DNA from: Cenarchaeum sp.
Lineage (GTDB): Archaea > Thermoproteota > Nitrososphaeria > Nitrososphaerales > Nitrosopumilaceae
Assembly: GCA_965212015.1 (NCBI GenBank)
Contig: OZ243037.1
Coordinates: 1,376,001-1,440,000 of the forward strand
Length of the DNA stretch: 64,000 nucleotides
Direction: 5' to 3'
The notes below the pieces were generated by a model, which did no database searches, was not told the DNA's origin, and saw only the letters and a list, made by a program, of their open reading frames with translations. The position numbers and the translations under genes are program-made. Shown here piece after piece: positions 37,805 through 48,030 of the stretch. Each line of letters begins with the position of its first letter. Within the stretch, counting starts at the first letter, position 1.

Positions 37805-38587
37805 TTGATCATCCACGACGACATTAGCGCAAAGCTCGAGTCAAAGATAAACGACAAGCTGATGCAAAAGGCCAGCCGCGGAAAAATTTTTGACGGGTTC
37901 AAGAAAAACAAGGTGGTCAACGAGGTGCTGGACAAGACCACCATGCTTACGCTTTACGACATGATCAACTCGCACGTCATCTCATATGTCAACGGGGTGG
38001 TAAGCGCCGGAAAGGAATCCGTCCTGTTTTGGGCCGTGGCAGGAGAGCGGGACGTCGCCCTGAAAATATACCTGGTCACCACGTCGAACTTTAAGCGCCG
38101 CCTGCAGTACATACAGGGGGATCCGCGCTTTACAAGGATCAAAAAGGGGACAAGGAACCTGATCGGCCTGTGGGCAAGAAAAGAGTTTGCCAATCTGGAG
38201 CAGTGCCTCAGGCGCGGCCTGTCAGTTCCAAGGCCCATACACGTCTCCAAAAACGTGCTTGCCATGGAGTTTATCGGCGAGGGCGGCTCCCCCGCCAAGA
38301 CGCTTTTAGAGTCACAGGTCGACGAGGGCGACTATAACGAGGCAGTATCCATCATCCGGAGGATGTACCGTGATGCCGGACTGGTCCACGGGGATCTGTC
38401 CCCGTACAACATTTTCAAGCACAAGGGCGGGCTGACTGTCTTTGATCTCGGCTCTGCAGTGGACGTGCAGCATCCCGGCGCCGAAGAGTTCCTGAAAAGA
38501 GACATTAATAATATCACGAATTTTTTCGTAAAGAGGGGACTGGTGGTGGAAAACCCGTTGGACGTGCTAGAGGCGGTGGTCAGTTGA
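37805..38587 (+). CDS. rio1: RIO1 family serine kinase
   Basis: SAGKES, WARKEFANL, LVHGDLSPYNI, FDLGSAV. Confidence 0.94.
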   Translation: MIIHDDISAKLESKINDKLMQKASRGKIFDGFKKNKVVNEVLDKTTMLTLYDMINSHVISYVNGVVSAGKESVLFWAVAGERDVALKIYLVTTSNFKRRLQYIQGDPRFTRIKKGTRNLIGLWARKEFANLEQCLRRGLSVPRPIHVSKNVLAMEFIGEGGSPAKTLLESQVDEGDYNEAVSIIRRMYRDAGLVHGDLSPYNIFKHKGGLTVFDLGSAVDVQHPGAEEFLKRDINNITNFFVKRGLVVENPLDVLEAVVS

Positions 38588-39153
38588 GCTTTGAAAAAAT
38601 AGTCAGGATTCCGACTGAGCGAATCGCGGTCCTTATCGGCAAAAACGGTGCGACAAAGGCCAAAATCGAGGATTCGTGCTCTGTGGCCATTGACATTGAC
38701 AGCCAGAGCGGCGAGACGCTAGTCAGCAGCAGCGGCGGTATGGAGCAGATCAAGCCCTTCAAGGCAGTCGAGATAATCTCGGCCATCGGGCGGGGGTTTT
38801 CCCCAGAGACTGCCATGAACCTGCTAGAGCCCGACAAAACGCTGCACGTCATGGATCTGAGAGAGTTTGCCGGCAAGTCGCCGTCACAAATTGAAAGGAT
38901 AAAAGGGAGAATAATAGGAGAGGGGGGTAAGGCCAGAAAAAACATGGAGAATCTAAGCGGAACAAACATCTCGGTATACGGGAGGACGGTCTCTGTTATC
39001 GGCGACGTGACAAGGCTGAGGCTGGCAGTTGATGCGATATCGTCGCTTTCCAGCGGGAGCGTCCACGGCTCGGTTTACAGCAGGCTCGAGTCGGCCAGGC
39101 GCCGCGAAAAGGCAGAAAAAATGAGGCTGTGGGAAGATCAGGATGTCTTCTAA
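38584..39153 (+). CDS. KH-domain rRNA-processing protein (Dim2/PNO1)
   Basis: LIGKNG, AIGRGFSPE, GRIIGEGG; conserved aIF1A-rio1-KH-top6 context. Confidence 0.93.
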   Translation: MSFEKIVRIPTERIAVLIGKNGATKAKIEDSCSVAIDIDSQSGETLVSSSGGMEQIKPFKAVEIISAIGRGFSPETAMNLLEPDKTLHVMDLREFAGKSPSQIERIKGRIIGEGGKARKNMENLSGTNISVYGRTVSVIGDVTRLRLAVDAISSLSSGSVHGSVYSRLESARRREKAEKMRLWEDQDVF

Positions 39154-40993
39154 GGAACAATTCAACCAGATCTCGCCAAGCGAGTTCTTTTATAGGAACC
39201 GCGATCTTGCGGGATTCAGCAACCCCACGCGCTCGCTGTACACGGCAGTCAGGGAGTTTGTGGAAAACGGGCTGGATGCGTGTGATCAGAGCGGCATACT
39301 GCCTGACATCCACCTTACAATCAAGGCAGTCGATTCGGAAAGGTCGGATCCAAAACCGTACATGCTGACCGTAAGGGACAACGGCCCGGGAATAGAGTCA
39401 AAGCACATTCCGCTTGCGTTTGGAACTGTTTTGTACGGCTCAAAGTTCGGCCTAAAGCAGGCAAGGGGCATGTTCGGATTAGGCGCGACGATGGCAATAC
39501 TGTACGGACAGATAACCACAAACAAGCCAGTCGCAGTAAAGAGCTCGATGGACGGCCAGACGCAGGAGGAATACGAAATGCTGCTGGACATTCAGAAAAA
39601 CAAGCCGGTAATACTAAAGCACAAGACGGCAAACACGTCCCGGAGGGGGCTGTCAGTCAGCATCTGCCTTGAGGGCGACTATTCCAAGGCGGGAACCAAG
39701 ATACGCGATTACGTCTATCAGACCTCGCTGATCACGCCGTATGCGTCGATCACGTTTGATGATCCCAAGGGCGAAAAGACAAAGTACCCCAGGATAATCA
39801 GGACAATGCCCCCGCCCCCCACGATAATCCGGCCACACCCGTACGGCGTGGACGTGGAGACGATCCGGCGGATGATGACGGACAGCTCGTTTCAGATTCC
39901 ACACATTGATGATGCGATACTTGCAAAGGTGCGCCGGGAGCTCGGGGCGGGCAAGACAAATCCGGACTTTGATGAAATGATGAAAAGGGCGGCGAAAAAA
40001 TGGTCGTCACTTACAAAGCCGGTCCGGGTGATAATCGCCCTTGCGTCGTTCATAAAGGCGGATCTTCAGGATCTTGGCAAAATCCGGATTGACGACATTG
40101 ACATCTCAAACCAGCGGCTGTCGTACTGGGACTTTGGCAAGTCCGAGTCAGTCGTGATAGAGCTGGACCCGCAGAGCGACTATTACAAGCAGCTGAGCAG
40201 CACGGTCCTCGGCGACACCATAGTCACGTTTCTGACAAAGCGCTTCCAGCGGGTGGGCAGGACCACCGCCGAAAAATTTGCAAAATTCGCCAGATTCAAG
40301 CCGGAAAAAAGGCTCGGCATGATGACAAACCAGGAGCTAGTCCACCTGAGTGACTCGCTGCAAAAATTCACCGACTTTATGTCGCCTGATCCCAGCTGCC
40401 TTGCGCCGCTCGGCGGCGAACCGCTAGAAAAGGGGATCAAAAAGTTCTTCGAGCCTGACTTTGCCGCAGTCATACAGCGGTCCGCATCTGCCTATTCGGG
40501 CTTTCCGTTTGTAATCGAGATGGGCGTGGCATACGGCGGAAACATCTCCACTAGGGGCCTCAAGGTGTACAGGTTTGCAAACCGCATTCCGCTGCTGTAC
40601 GACGAGGGCAGCGACGTGGTCCTAAAGGTGGTAAACGACATTGACTGGAAGAGGTACAGCGTCAACACGGATCCGCCGCTTGTGATAGTCTCGCACATCT
40701 GCTCGACCCGGATACCCTACAAGACGGTGGGAAAGGAGAACGTGGCAGACAGGCGCGAGATAGAGCGGGAGCTCAGGCTTGCGCTCCAGTTCATACTGAG
40801 AAAGCTTTCCATATACATGAAAAAGAAGGGCAAGGCAGAAATGGCCAAGAAACGGGCGAATCTGTACTCGAAATACGTACCCTTAATTGCCCAGTTCTGC
40901 ACTGAACTGGCAGGCGAGAAAAAGGAGCCGGATTACAAAAAGATGCTAAAGGAGGAGATTGTGGTTGAAGAAATCAAAAAAACGGGCAAGTAA
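39143..40993 (+). CDS. top6B: DNA topoisomerase VI subunit B
   Basis: EFVENGLDA, DNGPG, GSKF, RGMFGLG, RFANRIPL. Confidence 0.97.
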   Translation: MSSKEQFNQISPSEFFYRNRDLAGFSNPTRSLYTAVREFVENGLDACDQSGILPDIHLTIKAVDSERSDPKPYMLTVRDNGPGIESKHIPLAFGTVLYGSKFGLKQARGMFGLGATMAILYGQITTNKPVAVKSSMDGQTQEEYEMLLDIQKNKPVILKHKTANTSRRGLSVSICLEGDYSKAGTKIRDYVYQTSLITPYASITFDDPKGEKTKYPRIIRTMPPPPTIIRPHPYGVDVETIRRMMTDSSFQIPHIDDAILAKVRRELGAGKTNPDFDEMMKRAAKKWSSLTKPVRVIIALASFIKADLQDLGKIRIDDIDISNQRLSYWDFGKSESVVIELDPQSDYYKQLSSTVLGDTIVTFLTKRFQRVGRTTAEKFAKFARFKPEKRLGMMTNQELVHLSDSLQKFTDFMSPDPSCLAPLGGEPLEKGIKKFFEPDFAAVIQRSASAYSGFPFVIEMGVAYGGNISTRGLKVYRFANRIPLLYDEGSDVVLKVVNDIDWKRYSVNTDPPLVIVSHICSTRIPYKTVGKENVADRREIERELRLALQFILRKLSIYMKKKGKAEMAKKRANLYSKYVPLIAQFCTELAGEKKEPDYKKMLKEEIVVEEIKKTGK

Positions 40994-42065
40994 GGCTAAA
41001 GAAAAGCAAAAGAACCTGCTAGAGCTGCTCAAAAGCCAGGGCTCAAAGATATACGGGGACCTTGAAAAGGGCGAGTTTCCAAAGTTTCACATACCCAGCA
41101 GGTCTGTCAGCAATATAGTCTATGACGGCAAGACCAGGCAGTACATATTGGGAAGCAACGTCGCCGTGCGCAGCTCAAAGAACACCTCGCAGCTGAGGTC
41201 CTTTACGCAGCTGATGTGGCTTGCATTCTTTGCAAACCGGCTGACCAAGGAGAAAAAGTCATCCACGCTGCGGGACGTGTACTATTCGTCGCAGGCCTTT
41301 GCGATGGACTTTGAGGACCAGTCAGAGTCTGACAATATTATAGTGGATTTAGAAGCTGTCCTGACAAAGCCGAGGGAGGACTTTCACGTGTTTCCCGAGG
41401 AGCGAAGCAGCATATTTGGGGATCTCAACATAGAGTATACGGTCCCCGGATACGAGGGCAAAAAGATGAACCTATCGAACCACCCGGACGGATACGCAAT
41501 AGGCCCGAGCCTTACCACTGCCGAGCTGGTAGACACCGGCGCGGACATTGTGATTGCGATAGAAAAGGGCGGGCTGTTTACCAGGTTTGTCGAGGAACAG
41601 GTGGACAAAAAGTTCAAGGCCATAATAGTTGACACCGGGGGGCAGGCCCCGCGCTCCACCCGTACCCTGCTAAAAAGGCTGCACGACGAGCTAAGCCTTC
41701 CGGTGATAATACTCACCGACGGCGACGTGTACGGGGAGCACATTGCAATGGTGATAAAGTCCGGATCCGCAAACGCAGCACACCTGCGCGAGCTTACCGT
41801 GCCGGACGCAAAATGGGTCGGCGTATGGGCCAGTGACATTGACAAGTACAAGCTGCCAACCATACCGATGACAGAGTCGGACATCAAGAGGTGCCACGAC
41901 CTGCGAAAGGATCCCCGGTACCAGAAGGGAATCTGGAAAAAGGAGCTCGACGAGTTTTTAAAAATCAAAAGAAAGGCGGAGCTTGAGGCGTTCTCAAAGT
42001 ACGGGCTGACAAACATCACCGACAAGTATCTGCCGCACAAGCTAGAGATAGCAAAGACGCTATAG
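40959..42065 (+). CDS. top6A: DNA topoisomerase VI subunit A
   Basis: TLRDVYY, IEKGG, TDGDVYG, KAELEA. Confidence 0.97.
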   Translation: MWLKKSKKRASKAKEKQKNLLELLKSQGSKIYGDLEKGEFPKFHIPSRSVSNIVYDGKTRQYILGSNVAVRSSKNTSQLRSFTQLMWLAFFANRLTKEKKSSTLRDVYYSSQAFAMDFEDQSESDNIIVDLEAVLTKPREDFHVFPEERSSIFGDLNIEYTVPGYEGKKMNLSNHPDGYAIGPSLTTAELVDTGADIVIAIEKGGLFTRFVEEQVDKKFKAIIVDTGGQAPRSTRTLLKRLHDELSLPVIILTDGDVYGEHIAMVIKSGSANAAHLRELTVPDAKWVGVWASDIDKYKLPTIPMTESDIKRCHDLRKDPRYQKGIWKKELDEFLKIKRKAELEAFSKYGLTNITDKYLPHKLEIAKTL

Positions 42066-42524
42066 CCTTTTTATGCGCAGGGTCAGCACGCCGTTTCTGT
42101 ACTTGAAATCGTGAATCTGCATGTCGTTTGAGCCCTCGATGGGAATCTCTTTTGCAAAGTTGTTGCTTGCGCGTATGTACAGGACGCCGTCAATCGACCT
42201 TACCGTGATTTTGTCCTCGGGGCCTGGGACCTCGGCCACAAAGACAAACTCCTCCTCGCCCTTTATCAGGTCATAGACCCAGTTTTTCATTTCCTGCTCC
42301 CCGGCGGAATACTTTGGCTTTTGCTCCATGGCCATCTTTTTGATGACCCGAATCCAGTAAATCATGGTGGCTGCCGCCCCCCCTATCAGGATAAAGCTGA
42401 CAAAGCTAGAGTCGGTGCGCTGGGTTATGATGTAAACCACGCCTAAAAACAGTATTACCACTATGGGAAGGGCGAAATTCAGCGATTGCTCGTTTGAATA
42501 CGTGCCCTTGTAGCTTGCCAACAT
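42060..42524 (-). CDS. membrane-anchored Hsp20/alpha-crystallin-like protein
   Basis: Two TM helices, then VAEVPG...YRNGVLTLRI. Confidence 0.8.
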   Translation of the reverse strand: MLASYKGTYSNEQSLNFALPIVVILFLGVVYIITQRTDSSFVSFILIGGAAATMIYWIRVIKKMAMEQKPKYSAGEQEMKNWVYDLIKGEEEFVFVAEVPGPEDKITVRSIDGVLYIRASNNFAKEIPIEGSNDMQIHDFKYRNGVLTLRIKRL

Positions 42525-42633
42525 CGCACGATCCGCCTTTGCCAAATATAAAGTATATTTGATGTACGGCTCGCGCCACGTCCGGATTCTGCCGGAAAAA
42601 ACCTGTTATATTGAGCGCGGCGCACCGCATAAT

Positions 42634-43980
42634 ATGGCCAGGCTGTTTGGAACCAACGGAATACGCGGCGTGTTCGGCGTGGATTTTGACCTAGAGTTCA
42701 TACACGATATAGCGGTGTCCGTTGCCGCGTTCTTTGGGGCCGGCCCGATTCTTGTAGGGTATGACGGCAGGAGCTCCAATATTGTAGTTACAAAGACTGT
42801 CTGCTCTGCGCTAAACTATGCCGGCACCGACTGCCGCCTGGCCGGCCTGGTTCCGACGCCGTGTCTGGAATATGCCACAGAAAAGCTCGGCTATGCTGGG
42901 GCGATAATGGTTACTGCGTCCCACAATCCCCCGCAGTACAACGGAATCAAGCCGGTGGCATCTGACGGCGTAGAGATTTCACGCGCAGACGAGCTAGAGA
43001 TTGAGGAAATTTATTTTAACAGGCGGCCTCCTGCCGCCAAAAAGTTCGGGACCGCCGAAACGGATGACCGAACCATTCCTGCGTACATTGAGGGCATAAA
43101 GTCGCAGGTGGACCATTCTGCGATACGCAAAAAAAGACCCGTAATAGTGATTGATGCCGGCAACGGGGCGCAGGCAGTCACCGCACCGGTACTGTGCGAG
43201 CAGCTGGGATGCAAGACCGTGCTGATTAATGGTATGATAGACGGCGGGTTTCCCGGACGCGGCCCAGAGCCGCTTCCCGAAAACCTGCACGGGCTGTCTG
43301 ATGCCGTCCGCAAGCACGGCGCCGATCTCGGAGTCGCATTTGACGGCGACGGGGACAGGAGCATGTTTTGTGATCAAAACGGCGCGATACTCAGCGGTGA
43401 CCAGTCCGCGCTGCTTCTCTCCGGGTTTATTCTGGAGAAAAACCCCCGTTCCACCATAGTCACGTGCATTAATTCCGGATCCTCGATCGAGTCCCTTGCC
43501 AGAAGGTACGATTCCGACGTGATTAGGACCGCCGTGGGAAGCGTCGAGGTCTCAAGAAGGATGGTCTCTGCCGGCGCACTAGTCGGGTTTGAAGAGAATG
43601 GCGGCTTTATGTACGGACGGCACAACCAGGTGCGAGACGGCGCGATGGCCCTGGCACTGGCACTCGATCTTTTTGCATCACGCCAGGCCACAATATCCGA
43701 GTGTATAGGCGAGCTCCCAGAGTCGTTTACCGCAAAGGACAAGGTTCCGTGCTCGCCGGAAGGCGCACAAAGGATAATGGCCGCCCTAAAGTCCCAAAAC
43801 CCAGATGCCGACACCACCGACGGAATCAAGATAATCACGGATGAAAAAAACTGGGTCATGGTCAGGCCCAGCGGGACCGAGCCGATAGTCAGGATATACG
43901 CAGAAGGCGGCTCGCCTGCAGGACTTGGCGCGCTAATGTCCGGGTATGTTGCAAAAATCAAATCAATTCTTTCCGAATAA
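42634..43980 (+). CDS. glmM: phosphohexomutase (phosphoglucosamine mutase / PMM-PGM)
   Basis: LFGTNGIRG, TASHNP, DGDGDR, GFEENGG, RPSGTEP; substrate specificity is inference. Confidence 0.88.
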   Translation: MARLFGTNGIRGVFGVDFDLEFIHDIAVSVAAFFGAGPILVGYDGRSSNIVVTKTVCSALNYAGTDCRLAGLVPTPCLEYATEKLGYAGAIMVTASHNPPQYNGIKPVASDGVEISRADELEIEEIYFNRRPPAAKKFGTAETDDRTIPAYIEGIKSQVDHSAIRKKRPVIVIDAGNGAQAVTAPVLCEQLGCKTVLINGMIDGGFPGRGPEPLPENLHGLSDAVRKHGADLGVAFDGDGDRSMFCDQNGAILSGDQSALLLSGFILEKNPRSTIVTCINSGSSIESLARRYDSDVIRTAVGSVEVSRRMVSAGALVGFEENGGFMYGRHNQVRDGAMALALALDLFASRQATISECIGELPESFTAKDKVPCSPEGAQRIMAALKSQNPDADTTDGIKIITDEKNWVMVRPSGTEPIVRIYAEGGSPAGLGALMSGYVAKIKSILSE

Positions 43981-44041
43981 CACTTTTAAAACCAATCACC
44001 GGCATTTATGGAATGGAGATGAACCCCTAGGGTGATACATA

Positions 44042-44425
44042 ATGGGAAAGGCATATTACGTTAAATTCGAAACACCCGAGGATCTCATAAGCCCGATTTT
44101 GGAGGCAGTCCGGGTGGCCAAGCAGAGCGGCAAGATCAAAAAGGGCACCAACGAGGTCACAAAGGCCATCGAGCGCTCTACTAGCAAGCTGGTGGTAATT
44201 GCAGAGGACGTGGAGCCGCCTGAGGTCGTGGCGCACCTTCCGATACTGTGCGACGAGCAGCAGGCCGCATACGTGTTTGTCCCAAGCAAGCAGGATCTGG
44301 GAAAGGCGCTGGGCTTTGACATTACGTCGGCAGCTGCTGCAATCCTGGATGCCGGAGACGCGCAGCACATTGTGGATCAGGTCGTCGACACGGTTTCTAA
44401 AATCAAGGGCGGCAAGACTGAATGA
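44042..44425 (+). CDS. rpl7ae: 50S ribosomal protein L7Ae
   Basis: [28 protein letters not shown]. Confidence 0.97.
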   Translation: MGKAYYVKFETPEDLISPILEAVRVAKQSGKIKKGTNEVTKAIERSTSKLVVIAEDVEPPEVVAHLPILCDEQQAAYVFVPSKQDLGKALGFDITSAAAAILDAGDAQHIVDQVVDTVSKIKGGKTE

Positions 44426-44634
44426 GCACAGAGGCAGAAGAGATTACCTCGGCTGAGATAATCCAAATCGTGGGCAGGACCGGCATTGCCGGCGAGGTAA
44501 TCCAGGTCAGGGTAAAGGTTATGGACGGAAAGGACAAGGGCCGCATTCTTACAAGGAACGTAAAGGGATCCGTCCGGATGGGCGACATTCTGAGGCTTCG
44601 CGAGACCGAAAGGGAAGCTAAAAAGATAAAGTAG
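44422..44634 (+). CDS. rps28e: 30S ribosomal protein S28e
   Basis: [14 protein letters not shown]...[20 protein letters not shown]. Confidence 0.97.
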   Translation: MSTEAEEITSAEIIQIVGRTGIAGEVIQVRVKVMDGKDKGRILTRNVKGSVRMGDILRLRETEREAKKIK

Positions 44635-44640
44635 GTGTGT

Positions 44641-44841
44641 ATGATGAGCCTCCTGGTAAAACCGTGCAGCTTTTGCGACAGGCCCGTGGCCAAGGGCTCC
44701 GGAACGCTGTTTGCAAAAAACGACGGAACCGTAATGTGGTTCTGCTCCTCAAAGTGCAAGAAAAACATGCTGGTCTTGAAACGTGATCCAAGAAAGTTCA
44801 AATGGACGAAAAAGTACGTAAAGGGCGGAATTAAAAAGTAG
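44641..44841 (+). CDS. rpl24e: 50S ribosomal protein L24e
   Basis: CSFC...GSG...FCSSKC...PRKFKWT. Confidence 0.96.
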   Translation: MMSLLVKPCSFCDRPVAKGSGTLFAKNDGTVMWFCSSKCKKNMLVLKRDPRKFKWTKKYVKGGIKK

Positions 44842-44843
44842 AA

Positions 44844-45245
44844 TTGTCCGAAAAATCACTGTTCATCCTAAAGCCAGACGCAGTAGCGCGCAACCTTACG
44901 GGTAAGATAATTGCAAGGTTTGAAAGAAAGGGGTTTATTCTGGTAAAGCTGAAAATGTTCCAGTTCTCAAAGCAGCAGGCAGCCGACTTTTACTGCGTCC
45001 ACAAGGACAAGCCGTTTTTTGGGGATCTCGTGTCGTTTATCACGTCCGGCAGGGTGGTTGCCGCAGTCATTGAGGGAAACAATGCGGTTGCGACGACCAG
45101 GATGATGATCGGCGCCACAAAGTCGTTTGAGGCCGCCCCCGGCTCGATCAGGGGGGATTTCGGCCTGGGCTTTACTGACAATATAATACATGCCTCGGAT
45201 TCCGAGGAGAGCTTTTTGCACGAAGAGGGTGTAGTGTTTCAGTGA
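44844..45245 (+). CDS. ndk: nucleoside diphosphate kinase
   Basis: KPDAV, PGSIRGDF, NIIHASDS. Confidence 0.97.
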   Translation: MSEKSLFILKPDAVARNLTGKIIARFERKGFILVKLKMFQFSKQQAADFYCVHKDKPFFGDLVSFITSGRVVAAVIEGNNAVATTRMMIGATKSFEAAPGSIRGDFGLGFTDNIIHASDSEESFLHEEGVVFQ

Positions 45246-45251
45246 TAGGAA

Positions 45252-47033
45252 TTGAAGGTAAGACAACCCATTGTGGCAGTACTGGGCCACGTTGATTCAG
45301 GCAAGACCTCGCTGCTAGACAAGATCAGGGGTACAGGCGTGCAGCAGAGGGAGGCAGGCGGCATTACACAGCACATTGGCGCAAGCTTTCTTCCGCAGGA
45401 GACCATACAAAAAATATGCGGCTCACTATACGACAAGCTGGGCCGCTCAGAGACGCAGATTCCCGGCGTGCTCGTAATCGACACCCCGGGCCACGAGGTC
45501 TTTACCAATCTGAGGAACCGCGGGGGCTCGGCGGCGGACATTGCAATACTGGTTATAGACGTAAACCGGGGATTTCAGCCGCAGACGACAGAAAGCCTAC
45601 AGATACTCAAAAACAGAAAGGTCCCCTTTGTGGTGGCGCTAAACAAGGTGGATCAGATTCCCGGATGGCGCAGCAGCGACGCTGCGCTAGTCTCGCAGGC
45701 AATAAAGGCGCAGGACGCCTCGATTCAGGCCGATCTGGACCAAAAGATATACGACGTGGTGGGAACCCTGTCGGTGCTCGGCTACCGCTCAGAGGCGTTC
45801 TACCGGGTGCAGGACTTTGGCGAGGAGATATCCATCGTCCCGATGAGCGCCCGCAGCGGGATGGGGATTCCGGAGCTGCTCGCAGTATTGATCGGCCTGA
45901 CGCAGCAGTATCTTGCAAAAAGGCTGAAACTGGGGGACAAGGACGCGCGGGGAATCGTGCTGGAGGTAAACGACGAGGTGGGAATGGGGCCCACTGCCAA
46001 TGTAATCCTAATTGACGGCTCGATTGGCAAAAACGACACGATCCTTGTGGCAAAGCGCAACAACATAATTGTCACTCGGCCAAAGACGATACTGCTTCCC
46101 AAGCCGCTCGACGAGATGCGCGACCCGCGCGACAGGTTCAAGTCGGTGGATTCTGTGGAGGCCGCCGCCGGAATCAAGATCGCCTCGCCTGACCTGGAGG
46201 GCGTGCTGCCCGGCTCCACGGTATATGTGGCAAAAAACGATCCAGAGATTAAAAAATTCAGACAGGAACTCGAGGCAGAGATGGAGTCGGTGTTCATCTC
46301 GAGGGAGACTGACGGGCTGACAATAAAATGCGACACGATAGGATCCCTTGAGGCGATAACTGCAATGCTTCAGCGCCAGCAGATTCCAATCGCAAAGGCG
46401 GACATTGGCCCGGTTAACAGGCGCGACGTCATCGAGGCCGGGATGATCAAGGGTAATGACAGGCATCTTGGGGTGATACTGGCCTTTAACGTAAAGACGC
46501 TTCCGGACGCAGAGTCCGAATCCCTTGAAAACCACGTCCGGATATTTTCCGACCGGGTAATCTATAGCCTGATTGAGGGCTATACGAAATGGGTGCAGGA
46601 CGACACCATGCACGAGGAGGACGCAGTATTCTCTGAGCTCACCCCGATTGCAAAGTTTACCTTTATGAAGGGATTCGTGTTTAGGAACAACGATCCCGCG
46701 GTGTTTGGGATACGGATTGACGCAGGCAGCCTCCGGCAAAAGACGGACTTTATGAACGAGCAGGGCAAAAAGATCGGCCGGGTGCACCAGCTACAGGAGG
46801 ACAAAAAGACAATCTCTACGGCAAGGACCGGATCCGAGGTTGCGTGCTCGGTTCAGGGCGTCACCATAGGGCGGCAGATACGCGAGGAGGACGTGTTTTA
46901 CTCGCTGCCGCGGCACCACGAGGCAAAAAAGCTCCTAAAAGAGTTCTCGCACAAGCTGACGCCAGACGAGTTTGAAATGCTCAACCATATCGTGGAGACG
47001 CAGCGCAGGATTGATCCTGCCTATGCCTACTGA
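45252..47033 (+). CDS. infB: translation initiation factor aIF5B (IF-2)
   Basis: GHVDSGKT, GGITQHIGA, DTPGHE, NKVD. Confidence 0.97.
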   Translation: MKVRQPIVAVLGHVDSGKTSLLDKIRGTGVQQREAGGITQHIGASFLPQETIQKICGSLYDKLGRSETQIPGVLVIDTPGHEVFTNLRNRGGSAADIAILVIDVNRGFQPQTTESLQILKNRKVPFVVALNKVDQIPGWRSSDAALVSQAIKAQDASIQADLDQKIYDVVGTLSVLGYRSEAFYRVQDFGEEISIVPMSARSGMGIPELLAVLIGLTQQYLAKRLKLGDKDARGIVLEVNDEVGMGPTANVILIDGSIGKNDTILVAKRNNIIVTRPKTILLPKPLDEMRDPRDRFKSVDSVEAAAGIKIASPDLEGVLPGSTVYVAKNDPEIKKFRQELEAEMESVFISRETDGLTIKCDTIGSLEAITAMLQRQQIPIAKADIGPVNRRDVIEAGMIKGNDRHLGVILAFNVKTLPDAESESLENHVRIFSDRVIYSLIEGYTKWVQDDTMHEEDAVFSELTPIAKFTFMKGFVFRNNDPAVFGIRIDAGSLRQKTDFMNEQGKKIGRVHQLQEDKKTISTARTGSEVACSVQGVTIGRQIREEDVFYSLPRHHEAKKLLKEFSHKLTPDEFEMLNHIVETQRRIDPAYAY

Positions 47034-47042
47034 CGCCGGGTC

Positions 47043-47345
47043 TTACTGGCCTGTAACTACTTCCATCTGGCCGAACTTGCCCTTTGTGAGTGCAACCTCG
47101 CCCTTGAAGGAATTCGTATAGCCGTTTGTGATCTTTACCTTGTCACCGTCGTTTATCTTGGGAATGTCCTCTCCCCACAGTGTAAGCTTGATCTCCCCTG
47201 CATCGTCTGTAAGATAGGCGTCACAAACATCGATTGTTCCGCCCGCCTTTTTGTTGACCGTTCTTGCTTCGCCCTTTTTGGATATGGTTCCCTCTATATC
47301 CACGCCGCTCCGCATGTTTTTGGCCTCTTCGGTATTTACGTTCAT
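47043..47345 (-). CDS. ssb: single-OB-fold ssDNA-binding protein
   Basis: DDAGEIKLTLWG...VKITNGYTNSFKGEVAL..GKFG. Confidence 0.9.
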   Translation of the reverse strand: MNVNTEEAKNMRSGVDIEGTISKKGEARTVNKKAGGTIDVCDAYLTDDAGEIKLTLWGEDIPKINDGDKVKITNGYTNSFKGEVALTKGKFGQMEVVTGQ

Positions 47346-47470
47346 GGCTTGACATCAATATGCGGCAATTATAAAGTTTATTGAAACCAAGATTCCGGCC
47401 TGAAACGGCATTATGGCAGCCATTATCCGTGATCGTAATTGACAAATACGGGATCTGGAAAATCCCTGTT

Positions 47471-47571
47471 GCAGGGGTATCGAAGCCCGGTCAACCGAGA
47501 AGGACTCAAGATCTCGACGATAGGAAATCCTTTCCCTTAGGGGTTCGTGGGTTCGAATCCCACCTCCTGCA
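47471..47571 (+). tRNA. tRNA-Leu(CAA) with 16-nt intron at 37/38 (47511-47526)
   Basis: Acceptor stem GCAGGGG/CTCCTGC, anticodon arm AAGGA-CTCAAG^A-TCCTT, long variable arm, GTTCGAATCC; BHB-like junction; mature length 85 nt. Confidence 0.92.
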
Positions 47572-47596
47572 TCATTCAAAAAGGGCCAATTTCCGG

Positions 47597-47719
47597 CTAT
47601 GCCGTGATTGCCTTTATCCTAGAAACGCTGTGCCCGTTGATCTCTTGGTGCATTCTTGCGTGGGCATCGTCCCTGAAGATCAGGTCGCACCGGTAGCATT
47701 TCCAAAGATTATCAGTCAC
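47597..47719 (-). CDS. small C2H2-type zinc-finger protein (40 aa)
   Basis: MTDNLWKCYRCDLIFRDDAHARMHQEINGH...; CxxC-x12-H-x5-H; GTG start inferred. Confidence 0.7.
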   Translation of the reverse strand: MTDNLWKCYRCDLIFRDDAHARMHQEINGHSVSRIKAITA

Positions 47720-48030
47720 GACATATAAAACACCAATTTTCCTTATAAGGATATTGTACGATTGGTTCATTTTTGCACGAGATATGGCGTGTGATGCTGA
47801 AAAGCATGTATTGTTTAGTGATAATCTGCAGTTTTTTAAAATTCTCCGCGTCTGGGGCCGAACATTGGGCATCTGCTATTCCCGTACAGACTAGATGTCC
47901 CGGGATTGTAAGGATAACGCGTGTAGTGCGCGACCGGCCCGGATCCCATCGGGGATTATCAGGTGAACCATACAGGACCATTCTACCGGACCGCGCAAGG
48001 GTTTAGAATGGCGTGCAATTAACACCGTAC

